Source: Antedon mediterranea (Eukaryota > Animalia > Echinodermata). Taken from it: 64,000 bases of DNA. The position numbers and the translations under genes are program-made. Below the pieces are notes generated by a model that did no database searches, was not told where the DNA came from, and saw nothing but the letters and a program-made list of their open reading frames with translations. Below, piece after piece: positions 52,353 to 64,000 of this stretch. The stretch is taken from assembly GCF_964355755.1 (NCBI RefSeq), contig NC_092670.1, forward strand, positions 34,956,388 to 35,020,387, in the 5' to 3' direction. Every line of letters starts with the position of its first letter. Position 1 is the first letter of the stretch.

Positions 52353-54222
52353 TTTGACCACAACTGATAACACGGCTGCTTCTGACTTACGGCAGTGAGC
52401 TAGAGAAACTAATTCAACCAATTACAAGCGACAACTATTCCACTCCTTAATAGTATCATAGCTTCTGATTGGTGCTTTTTACAAATCTATACACGCAATG
52501 TGTATAAATATTACGTACTTTTACAACCTCTTTAAATGTTGTAACAATAATCGGCATTGTGATAAATGAAATACGATATCTTTAAAAACTGCATCTCAAT
52601 CAAATAAAACTTTATTAAAGTTGACGTTTACAATAACATGTCAATATAATTGGCAATTTGTATGATCATTTTGTTCATAAAAAATAAACAAAGTTAAATT
52701 AAAAAATTAGGTACAAATAAACAGACGAATCGCATCTAAAAATACATCATTATATTGCATGATAATTTATTGTAAATTAATTATAAGCCTGGTGCGGCCA
52801 TTATTGTTTAAAACGACGATATAGTTAAAATGTATAGCGAATAGATAATATAGAATGTATATTGACAGTTCCGATGTGATACTAAATTCAGAAAAATGAG
52901 TAGGCTTATATTGTTGTAAAACCCCTGATATTCGAAATATCAATGAACTAACAAATTAAATGAAAATAAACGCTAAACAAAACTTCGATATGGTAATTTA
53001 TAGCACGACAAACGACATTAGCAAAGATGCGGACTAGGAAATAGGCCTAATGCTACTTTTTCCGTCAATATTTTATAAAACTTCTGAACAAAAAGTCACG
53101 GATTCTGATGAGGTAGGCTGATAGCAATTTGTACGGTTCTGGAGCTCGGGGGAGAATTATATCCTTTTTACATTGGCTGTGTATTTGAAATATTCATATA
53201 GTAACATTGATTTCAAAATGGCATGCGCGATGTATGGTGGGAAGGCCCATTGGGAGCAGTGCCACCACCATACCAGTATAATAAGTTTTTGAGCACACTA
53301 TTTGCGCACAATTTACACTAATACAATTAATTTACATTTTACCTATAAGAGTAAAAGGAAAAGAAATGTTTTAGGAAACGAAATCTAAACAGACTCTATT
53401 TAAAATGTAAAAAGAAGAAGATAAAGAAGAAGATAAAAATATCCAAGGATTATTTGATAAAAGACAGGAATAACTACTGTACAATGACGAAAGTTTACAA
53501 AAAAAAACACGTGTTATTTTACAAACATTAACATGAGAAAATAAAAATATATATACCTGTGGTGATATCGGCAGATGAGCATACGGAAATAGGCTGGCTG
53601 TAATCTATTATAAGAAAAATAGCCAAATGTAATAATAATGTTATAAAAGATGATATTTTATCTGCTGTTATCTCGGCAAAAATTAACAAAATAACCAATT
53701 TTTTTGGTAAACAAATATGTTTTTTTTAATATTTCATAGAATTATGAGAAAAAAAATCTTCAAATATCTCTATGCTTTGCTGGTCTTGTGTCATATAAAG
53801 TGATTTTTTAAAAAAAATAATAAAAAAATAATATCTAGTAAGGGAGAAAACTGGTCAGATCTTTTGTCTATTTTTGGTTAAAAGTCTATTAATATGCAAA
53901 TTAGATGATCTTTGACCTCAACATTTACCTAAAAATGTTTGTTTCGCTGTGATCGATGTTAGTACCAAGTATGCACCCTATTTTTCATTTTTTTAAAATT
54001 CAGGGGTAGAGGCTAGCTTTCCGTCTAAAGCACAGATTTTCCTGTTAACAACATTCTTCATCATATACTGATCTGCTAATTCTATGAAAAGCAATTTGCT
54101 ATTCCTTTCCATAGACATGATCTATCTTTATATCTGTGTTTTTTTTTGTTTATGTTTATGAAGAGATAAACAAATCTGCTAGAGTTATTGAAATAGCGTC
54201 GTATAAAAAAAAAAATTCTTAC

Positions 54223-57200
54223 GTTTTTCACAAATAGCTATTGCTTTTAATTTACAATTTGTATTATTCCATTTTCCAGATTTCCAGATTATGACAGTGC
54301 AGTGCTGGTCTGTTCCATGATCGGGCTTATTTATATGCCAGTCTAGTATAAATAATTACAATAATTACAATAAGATTAAAATAATTGCAATAATTATTTT
54401 AAAAAATACACAGTTTATCTGTTATTTAAAAAAAAAAGCTTTTATGGCCAAATATGAAAATATGTTCTCTGGTCTATCCGTCTGGCATTTGTATCAGAGG
54501 GAGAGAATTTGTTTTGTTTTGTTTTTTGTTATTCAAAATGGACAAATTCGACAAATACCACGACGATTACCAATTATTATGTGTGTTTTAAGTTTTTTTA
54601 ATGATTTTAGTAAGAATATCTGAATAATTTGTAAATGAATTTGTAATGTATATCTTTTGTATATATAAGCATAGAAATTAAGTCTAAACCTTCCGGTGAT
54701 ATACTGAAGTTTAATTAATTAATTTGAAACGATAAGATGAGGAAATCTGTGAGAATGAGAAAAACCTTCAACCGAGATTAGAACCTGGAACCTTCTGCTT
54801 GATATGTAGATGTCTTAACCATTAGATCGGATAGCAACTCTAAAATTCTCGGCGTGGTACGGCGGAACAGCACTAGTCCCTTAATTGCCCTCATCTATAT
54901 CATTCTTATATACTTGTAATAACTGCAATTTAGCCTCTTTAGCTACAAATGCTACAAACGGCATGGTGTTTGATTTTGAAATAAAGTGATATATAAAAAG
55001 GCCTAAATGATGGCTTATTACTAATTTTTTCATTTATGTACACATCTATATATTATACTGTATAATGCCATTGTTGAACAAATAAATGTTTTTTGAATTG
55101 AATTGAGTTGAATTGAATACTCACGCAAAAATGAAGATTTTAAGGACAGGTATTGTGAACTTAATTATGATCTTTTTTATGTTGAAACTAGATTTTAAAT
55201 AATATTTTTTTTTCAGTAAGCCTATATAACCTTTTAAATGTTTGTATGATTCGATATTAATGGACCCAATTGTACACACGTTTTCAACTTTTCTGACTAT
55301 TTGTGTATCTGTATATGATCTAAAATAATGTAAAAAGGTTATTTTTTCAGATATTAATGGACCCAATTAAAAACACGTTTTGAACTTTTCAGAATATGTT
55401 TATGTAGGCCTATACATGTTCTAGTAATATATAAATTGTTTAAAATATGAATCATGAGATGTGTAAATAACTGTAGAATGGCAAACAATAAAATAAAAAT
55501 CTAGATAAAACTAGATAATTTGATGATTAAGTTTACAATGGAGCAAAGATATGTTATCGTAAATTAGTATAAGGTATATGAATAGATGTATATCGGTACA
55601 TACATGTTTTCTACATTCCCATACTGCAAATAGTTTGGTTATGATTCGTAGCATGTTGCAAACCGAATACGTAATTATATAATTATGATGAATTAGATTA
55701 GATGTATAAATGTAAAAAACATAATGAATGAAACAATTTTAATGACGATGAAATAAAAGTGGGAAAACCACAAAAGACCAAAAAAAGTGCTAACACTGAA
55801 AATATGACAAAGGTAAATTACTTTCAAATGTTGATTCTTCATCCGTGATGTTTCCTGCAGACCAAAGGAATGTTCCTTCAGTTTGAATATCGTCATAACC
55901 AATCCAAGCATTTTCCAGTGAAACTATGTTGTTTAAGATCCAGTCATTTTCTTCTTGACACGAAATAATCGCAAGATATCCTCCATACACATCTTGACAA
56001 AAAGTACCACCTTCTTGATACGTCACCGATGACGTTGACTTCCCATAACAACTTGAAAACCTGATATTGGGAATCATACCTTCAGGACAGTCTGTGGAAT
56101 ACACATTGCTTTAAGGCTAGGCAATCTATCTAAAAAACAGCCCAAAGTGAAACAAATCGCAAACCATGGTCACATATGATGAGGCGATCAATGATAGATT
56201 GCCTAACCTATTTATATTTTATAGAATTAACAATACGTTATATGTGTTTCAGTTGCAGTTCCGCTTTTTTTTTTAATCAACCTTAATCTTTCATGTTTTG
56301 GGGAACAATACAACTTTAACCTAAAGTATAGTTTGTATTTTTTTCATCAGTATTTTTTTTCATTTTCATCCGTTTTTGATGTTGTATTGTTTTATGTTTC
56401 AAACCTGTTAGTGGCGGTATTTATCGCTGTTGGTTTTGATTGAATAAAATAAATAAAATAAAATTTGTAAATAAAAAAAAAATTATGGACACGACTATCG
56501 TTTTGATTGGTAGAAATGAAAACTTTAAGCCCGGCCACTTACATGAAACCTTAGCTGTGAATGAACACGCAGCAGACGGATTTCCTGCCCTGTCATGCGC
56601 AGTATACGTAATGTTAACAGACGTGCTCCTTTCTTCCTCAAGCATATGAATGACGTAACCAGGTGAATGCGATGCATCGACAGATACTACGCATTCATTG
56701 TCTTCCCATGTAGGTGGTGTCCACGTCACTTCCGCTGACGTTTCATTCAAAGGTATAATTACCTGAAAGTCTTCTGGACAAGTAGACCCGTATGTTGGTT
56801 TAACCGTATCGTGAACTGAATTAATTAAAATACATTTTTCATTTACTAAATAATATCTTTTATTTTCACAGTTTTCGGATTTTTGGCCGGGTTCATAGCA
56901 ACTGATTTATTATTTTATGGTTTAAAGGACAATAGAGAGATAAAGTCATCCCGTATGTTTAAAACACCATATATACATAGAATACATTTTTGGCATTACT
57001 TTTAATTCGTTTTGGGGAATAAGAAAAATGTACATTCTTAAATTAAAACAAACCTGAAAACTTCAATTCAACCAAGGTTCGATTTTATTCAACTCATTCA
57101 TTATTGTTTTGGTCAAACTAACACGTTTTTAGTATTAATCAATACTTTGAATTATGGATTAGGCCTACAATTGGTGTTAATATTATAATACAGGTGTAAG

Positions 57201-60200
57201 AATACTACTCTTCTACTTACATTTTTCACAAATATAATTTATCCGTTCGCTACATGGAAAAATGTTCCACCACCGATCAATGAAGGGAATAAAATAAACA
57301 CACTTCTCTTCTTCAGTTGTAATAGATTCACCAGGAAGAAAATCTATTACAATAATATAAATAAAATAAAACAAAATAATACAAAATTGTATTTGGTTCA
57401 GGATTTTGATTGATAAGTGGATTTAGGGCCGATGATGGGTGGATTTAGGGCCGATGATGGGTGGATTTAGGGCCGATGATGGGTGGATTTGGGGCCGATG
57501 ATGTGTGGATTTAGGGCCGATGATGGGTGGATTTAGGGCCGATGATGGGTGGATTTGGGGCCGATGATGGGTGGATTTAGGGCCGATGATGGGTGGATTT
57601 AGGGCCAATAATGGGTGGATTTGGGGCCGATGATGTGTGGATTTAGGGCCGATGATGAGGGCCTCATGAGATTATTTCGAATAATATTACCGTACCTATT
57701 TTGAGTGGTAAATCTTGTTTCTGACGCAACGCAAGTAATTTGACCAATGACGCGATGGATCATCCATAAAACTGAATGATTGGTGCTTTACGATATAAAT
57801 TTAATCAGCAGAGAAGACTAAAATGTTACTATTCCCTGATTAAATCAAACCAATGATTATATATAAATACAATAATACAAGCAAAAAATATGAATAAACA
57901 TGTTTATAAAAGATGCACATATTTAATTTATTTCCATTTTCAGGATGTAGACATGCTATTCAAAATGATGATTTTCCTGGTGGTGTGATTATAGATAAAT
58001 CAATACGACGTACTTGTATAGTTTGAACATTCACCGCCAGATTGAACCCAGACCATGTCACCTTCTACCTTCAAACCTATCCAGAACGGATAATCTATAA
58101 TAGGCCTATATAGACTATTAAGAAAATCGTTTTCCACTTGATTCTTTACCACAACCAGATCAGCTCCAAGACTGATACAGTGTTCCCGGGCATCATACCA
58201 GTTTTTAAACGACACCACGTATTTATAACAACTATCGTTGTACGGAATCCAACTGTTATTACACCGTGCCTCTTCGAATACTGAAAAATATAATTTGATT
58301 GCTTTAAAGGCCGATACACACTGAACAATCTACACACGAATCAACGTACGCGGCAAGCGTCAAATCGAACCGTAATTTTGACGCGACGAACTATTTCAGT
58401 GTGAACATAAAAGCGAATGTGACGATCTGTTGGCGCCAATCGATTTTAAACATCAACGCGATGAATTCGAATATTTTGCGAAGTCTAGATCTCCGCTAGA
58501 GTTGTTCCATCAGGAAGTTGAAGCTCGAGTTGCTTCGATTTGCGCGTCGCTTCGGGTGTGAATGCTCAGTGGTAACCGGCCTTTATAAAAATGTATTTCA
58601 TTGTTTTAATACAGAATACACAAAAATGAATTTTCAAGAGAATGACACATGGAAGTCGTTACTCACATGCTCGTACTGTAAATGAACAAGTTGACGGATT
58701 CCCTGCTCTGTCATGCGCAGTATATGTAACGTTAATATATGCACTTCTTTCATCTTCAGGTACAGTTATGACGTAACCAGGTGAATGCGATGCCTCGACA
58801 GATACCACACCTTCATTGTCTTCCAGAGGTCCCAACTTGGGAAAGTCCATTCGCAGGAGATTTTGTCGTGAACCACATTCAATTCGTCGGGGCGTCAAAG
58901 TCAACACGCGGGGAATCGAAAATCAACACGCGTGTCGTTTACGTCTCCTAATTAACTAAATATGTTACATACAGTATATACCATATTTACACATAAGTTG
59001 GTTTAATTTTTACATAGGTTTATCCATCATTATTTTTACATTCTTATTTTTTTTATGGACACATCCTCAGTACAAAGAAAGAATTTTAAAAATATATACA
59101 GTATTTTAACTAAAATTCAGTATATAAAATAATTTAACTTAATTACATAATGTACAATATTTACACATGATAGTATTGCCCAATAGAATTTACTCATTTT
59201 TTTTAGCTTTTAGGCACAGGCCTAGGCCTAGCATAGGGCTTCTACTAGGCCCTAGCTAGCTACCATTTTAAAACCCAAAAACAATCGAAATAAACTATTC
59301 CAAATCCGTCTTATGCTACATTTACGCGAGTTAACATATTATTTCAGATGAAAAACATTGAGTTTTATATTGTTTTATCCATACGTAATTACACTGGCAT
59401 TAAAGATATAACATTAAAATGTAGGCCGTTTATGAGCTATTTCGCCGATTTCTTATCGCTGGGAAATTCCCCACCATTGACATCGATCGAGGAGTAGGCT
59501 TAGGCTAGAATAAATAGAGGCCTAGCGTGCGTGCCGGAACGGGTGGATTATTGCTATATAAATAACAAGTTTGAACACAAGAGCTTACGACAATCTTAGG
59601 TAAATTTTTATTAAACGTAAGCCTACTTGCTTGGCGAATCCATATGCCTTTTAAATCATTTTAACATGTTCGTATTATCGGATTGTACAGTAAAACCAAA
59701 TAAAACACCGCCTCTACAACCTCGTGCGATGTGCGATCTGTTGTTCTTTGCAGCGGATCAACATTGGTAGAGTCCATTAATTATGAGGGTGTTTAACAAT
59801 GTAATAACTATTAAAAACGTGTCTCAACCACTGTGTAATCAAAGCGTTTATTTAGTTAAAACTTGGATCCTCCCAAAATTGATAATCGCGTATTCCGGTT
59901 ACCACGTGATTATTGATTCACGGTTGGTTGCACGCTTCTTTTTTTTTCTACGTCCGGCGTGTAGTACCGTGCATGTTTATATTATTGTTACGGTTTAACA
60001 AAGGCAGTGCATACAAATAAAAATACAATAATAGACCACGGAGACTGCATGAATAGACATTGTTTCAACATCCTGCCTCACTTTTGTATTGACTATTGTT
60101 GACCTGGGCTGAGCCTGGGTGTAACCGTAAATCAATTTGGCCAAAAATATGGGGAAATTTGAAAATGCGGTAAAAAAATCAAAATGCGGTAGAAAACGTC

Positions 60201-61266
60201 GAGATAGCGGTAGCGCGGTAGATGGGTAGTAAAAGCGGTAGACTACCGCGAGTAGCGGTAGACTTGGGACCCCTGGTCTTCCCAACTAGGTGGTGTCCAC
60301 GTCACTTCCGATGATGTGTCAGAAGATAAAAGATTGACCTCAATGTTTTCTGGGCAAGTTGACCCAAATGTTGGCGCTATCGTGTCTTCCAGAACTAAAT
60401 AAAATTATTAAAGGTTCTAACGTTGGTAGTAGTCATTATTTATTTAAAAACCTATTTATCAGGTATAGATATTGCACCTGTTTAACATGGCCCTCCTGCT
60501 AGATAGAATAACTTAAACAATATTTATAAAAAGACATTAAAAACTTACAATAAAAACCAATAAAACTTTAAAATCACAATACACAGAAAGAAAATATTTA
60601 CAATGTATTAATAAGGAGTTAAAAAATTAAAGGGGAAAAACTGGATTTAAGCAAAATGGTAATGTAGTGAGAATTTACTTTGAAAAAGATACAAACAAAA
60701 GATCGTCAAACTGTATTCAAAATACAACCTTAAATCATCATTATCATCGTCATTATTATTACTATTATTATAGATAGGTTATTGATATTAATTTCAATAA
60801 TTTGACAAAATAACAAATCCCTTGATGCCGATGATATAAAAATGAGTCTGTATTTTAAGAACATTTTCGTTGACAGGTTGACAAATGTACAACCCAATTA
60901 ATTGATTGATTGAGTTTTTTAAGTAATGATGCAGATTTAAGTAGTTCCTACCTAAATAATAGTAAGTAGTGCGAGTCATACCACCGGTACTGTACTTACA
61001 TGCTATCGCAGTGAAAGAACACGTGGCTGGATTCCTCACTCTGTAATGCGCAGTATACGTAACGTTAATATACGCACTTCTTTCATCTTCAGGTACAGTT
61101 ATGACGTAACCAGGTGAATGAGACGAAGTAACAGATACTACGCATTCGTTGTCTTCCCAAGTAGGCATTGTCCACGTCACTTCCGCTGACGTTTCATTAG
61201 AAGGTATGATGACTTCAAAGTTTTCAGGACAAGTTGATCCGTTTGTTGGTGCTACTCCATCTGGAA
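54223..61266 (-). CDS. Gene B distal cassette: HYR-HYR(disrupted)-CTL-HYR-CTL; first exon not found in the window
   Basis: Exons 61266-61000, 60394-58667 (split by a transposon), 58280-58014, 57343-57221, 56815-56543, 56091-55822, 54342-54223. All are phase 1-1. Confidence 0.8.
57417..57658. repeat. 22-bp minisatellite, ~11 copies
   Basis: (gtggatttagggccgatgatgg)n. Confidence 0.92.
58308..58582. mobile_element. PIF/Harbinger-like MITE
   Basis: taa|aggccg.tac.cactga ... tcagtggtaaccggcct|tta. Confidence 0.6.
58824..60275. mobile_element. Non-autonomous hAT-like element with a 6-bp TSD, inserted in a HYR exon
   Basis: Ends are CAGAGGTCCCAA and TTGGGACCCCTG. TSD GTCTTC at 58818-58823 and 60276-60281. 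gcggtag subterminal repeats. The exon frame PPSWED|NEGVVSV rejoins across it. Confidence 0.9.
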
Positions 61267-61404
61267 CTAAAAACGTTAAATGAATATGAATAATCTGAAA
61301 TCAACCTGAACAATTGTCTAATTTTTAAATGTACATGTCAAAAAGAAAATGTAATAATTGAAAACAGCTTCGTAATATAATAAGGTAACAATAAGGTAAT
61401 AAGG

Positions 61405-61690
61405 TCCCTGTACTTAACAGTGCACGTTAAAGAACTTGGTACAGACAAGCAAGTGTGATAGGCATGGGTTCGAGGTTATCTGTACCATACTAATTGCATC
61501 CTTAGGCAAGATGCTTTACTCTCATTGCCTAATCTGGTAGGCGCTGCACTAAAAAAATTATAAACAAAGTATTCGAAAAGAGTAGGGGATCGTCTCCCGG
61601 TGTGTTGATCTGGTAGGCGCTGCACTGCCGGTTGCCATGGGTTCGTAGAGGGCCTAATCCGAATTTCCTCAGTTTCCAGTTAAACATGAG
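61405..61690 (+). mobile_element. Rearranged SINE fragments
   Basis: gggttcga B-box-like motif, ccttaggcaagatgctttactctc, cacgttaaagaac and ttcgaaaagagtaggg SINE-core-like motifs. Confidence 0.4.
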
Positions 61691-62394
61691 GACCAGTAAT
61701 AATACATTAAACATTTAGGTATAATGGAAATAATAACTGTACTAGTAGTTACTAAAAAGTTATGTAAGAATGTAAGTTTAGGCATAACTCATAATTGTAA
61801 CACAGCTGCTATGATAATATACTATATATGAAATAATGCTAAACATAAAGTCATACCTATAAGACCATACATCTTAAAACTAGACAACAAACACTATACT
61901 AAAACCAATATATGATAGAAATAAATGTATAAATGTTTAAAAAATAGACTAAAACACGCGGTCAAACATAAAAGTAAACAAACAAAATATAAATGGCCAA
62001 CATAGTAAGAACAGAATTTTAAAGTTTAGAAATAGTGGAATGAAAGAAATGTAATACAATGCCAAAACATAGAATGTATCATATAATATAGAAACTATGT
62101 TAAACTGATTCGTGAATGTAAATAGGTTTATTAATGTGTGTATGGGTGTAATATAAGGTCCAAAAAAAAAAAAAAAACATACAAATTGTGTGTACTGAAT
62201 TAAAATTTAATAAAACAAACAATTTGCTCTAAATGTAAAATGAATCAAACCAAAATGAATACATTTCTTAATATAGAGGTAAATTTAAATGGTAAATAGT
62301 CGTACTTTTAAAATAACTTGCAATAACCATAAAATGTACGTTTTTAAAGCATACTTTTACTACATCGATTTTATGTACGTGTATAGATATAGTA

Positions 62395-62983
62395 TGTTCT
62401 GGCCTCACAGAGAACGGCTGACCAAGACAGAGAACGGCTGACCAAGACAGAGAACGGCTGACCAAGACAGATAACCACACCGGTTACAATACAACACGAA
62501 CACAGCCCTTTGGATCCGTACAATTCAATATGTAAAGCTGTTATATGGTAACTGAAACAACAAAAATAACAAATGTGTAAACAATAAAGCACGGGAGCCA
62601 AGCCCATCGGGCACACACTATGCGCAAATCCCGGCTAAGTGAAATGTTACCTACAAAAGTACCACGCCAGCCAATGCCGGCGAGAAAGCTATTATAATTA
62701 TAATAGGCCTGTACTATGTACTGTAATATGTACTAAGATAATAACGTAGTAATATCAAGATCAGTTTTAGGTTAAGTTAATTCAGTATATTGTAATACAT
62801 TATTATAAACTTAGCTACTTACAACAACTGTAAATGCACCAGCATCGCACGATACAATCCCTAGCATGACGAATGATTCGTCAACCTAGAACTACGTATA
62901 TACAACGAGTCATTCGGGCGCTAAAATACTATTCAAATGGACCACGCTGTACGGCGGCAGGTGCGCTAAGCTCAGCTGGCACA
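62395..62983 (-). mobile_element. 3' LTR of a BEL/Pao retrotransposon
   Basis: Minus strand starts TGT after the purine-rich accaaacgggcg and ends AGAACA. Contains a 20-bp repeat (gagaacggctgaccaagaca)x3. Confidence 0.65.
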
Positions 62984-63099
62984 CGCCCGTTTGGTATACA
63001 AAGGATGCCACTACTTATGAAATTACATGAAAAACATATTAATAATTGAACTAAAATTCTGCTTCTTAAAAGGAATGAACATGATATTTCACACCGTAC

Positions 63100-64000
63100 A
63101 ATCCTTCACTCCATATCTTCTACCGGAATCAGTAACACCAGTTCATGGCTTGGTCTAGAAAGCAGCTTGGTTGAATTATCTCGGCTCACTTTCAATTTCA
63201 CCTTCGACACCAATTATCACTACTTTTAAGAGTGCTCGTGACTCTTGCCATGGCCAATTATTGCGATGACGTGCCTTTTCCGTCAGACATCGTCTTACAC
63301 GATGCCATTTCTTTCTACTGTGTAGAAGGAGAAAATATTTGTTCTTCCACCTGGACCAAAACGTATCGGCCAGGCATTGCACCATCCGCCATTACTTTCC
63401 AACTAAGCCGTTCTTGGTAAAACGGATACCAAGAGGGGCCCTCATGTGATTAGACTTTTGATTCTAAATCATATTTGGTGGTGTGTGGATCACTCGGTAT
63501 CGGCGTAAGCGGTCTTGAGTTCACAATCGCCGTAACTTCTGCCATAAGTGTCGTCAGAACCTCATGTGACCGCTGGATAGGTCATAAGTCGGCAAATATA
63601 GAATCTAGGATACGTCTGCATATGCCAATCATCCTTTCCCATGCTCCGCCCATATGGGAGAAATGGGAAGGATTAAACAACCACTCACAGTTATTCTCTA
63701 AAAGGCATTTCTTGACTCCACCATCGGTGCCAAGTATACCAATCTCGTTACACGCTCCTATGAAGTTTGTGCCACAGTCTGATCGAATCTGACTTACTGC
63801 CTGGTCCACGAATGGCAAGGAATCTCCGCAAGGCGTTGATGAATTTTGACGTGTCCTGTAATCTCAATATGAATGGCGCGGAAAGACATACACGTAAACA
63901 GTACAGCTTAACGTTTTGCTCTCGCCATACCTCCTCTCGTTTTACGTGATGACACTATCCATGGTCCAAATACATCTAGGCCAACGTACGTAAATAGAGG
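63100..64000 (-). pseudogene. Degraded BEL/Pao pol: integrase and C-terminal domain
   Basis: VGLDVFGPW, LFTC, IRSDCGTNF, W.FNP...SHMGGAWERMIG, AEVTAIVNSRPL, FWSRW..Y...L..R.KW. Contains stops and frameshifts. Confidence 0.9.

Noticed and set aside
57417-57658. Telomere-like TTTAGGG and a repetitive ORF
   Set aside because: The motif is embedded in a 22-bp minisatellite, not a telomeric array. The ORF reflects the repeat period.

Overview
AT-rich, intron-rich animal genomic DNA. The C-type lectin, HYR, FA58C and kringle content suggests a marine invertebrate, probably an echinoderm-like deuterostome (inference). Two paralogous adhesion GPCR genes lie in tandem on the minus strand. I reconstructed them by hand from GT/AG sites and frame continuity. 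Gene A (constant region 22436-13076) and gene B (46101-37455) share the same 14-exon GAIN/GPS-7TM core. Upstream of each core is an array of phase-1 ectodomain exons broken up by separate signal-peptide first exons (A: 35312, 34773 with ACG start, 31193, 28684; B: 52352, 48037). This variable-cassette/constant-core layout was built by partial tandem duplications of the 5' end and is the most notable feature. The rest of the window is transposon-rich. It holds an intact RTE-like LINE inside a TGT...ACA foldback element, a hAT-like element with a 6-bp TSD splitting a HYR exon, nested MITEs, a 24-bp P-like excision footprint, SINEs, Helentron-type elements, a probable solo LTR and a degraded BEL/Pao retrotransposon. 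All gene models lack transcript support.
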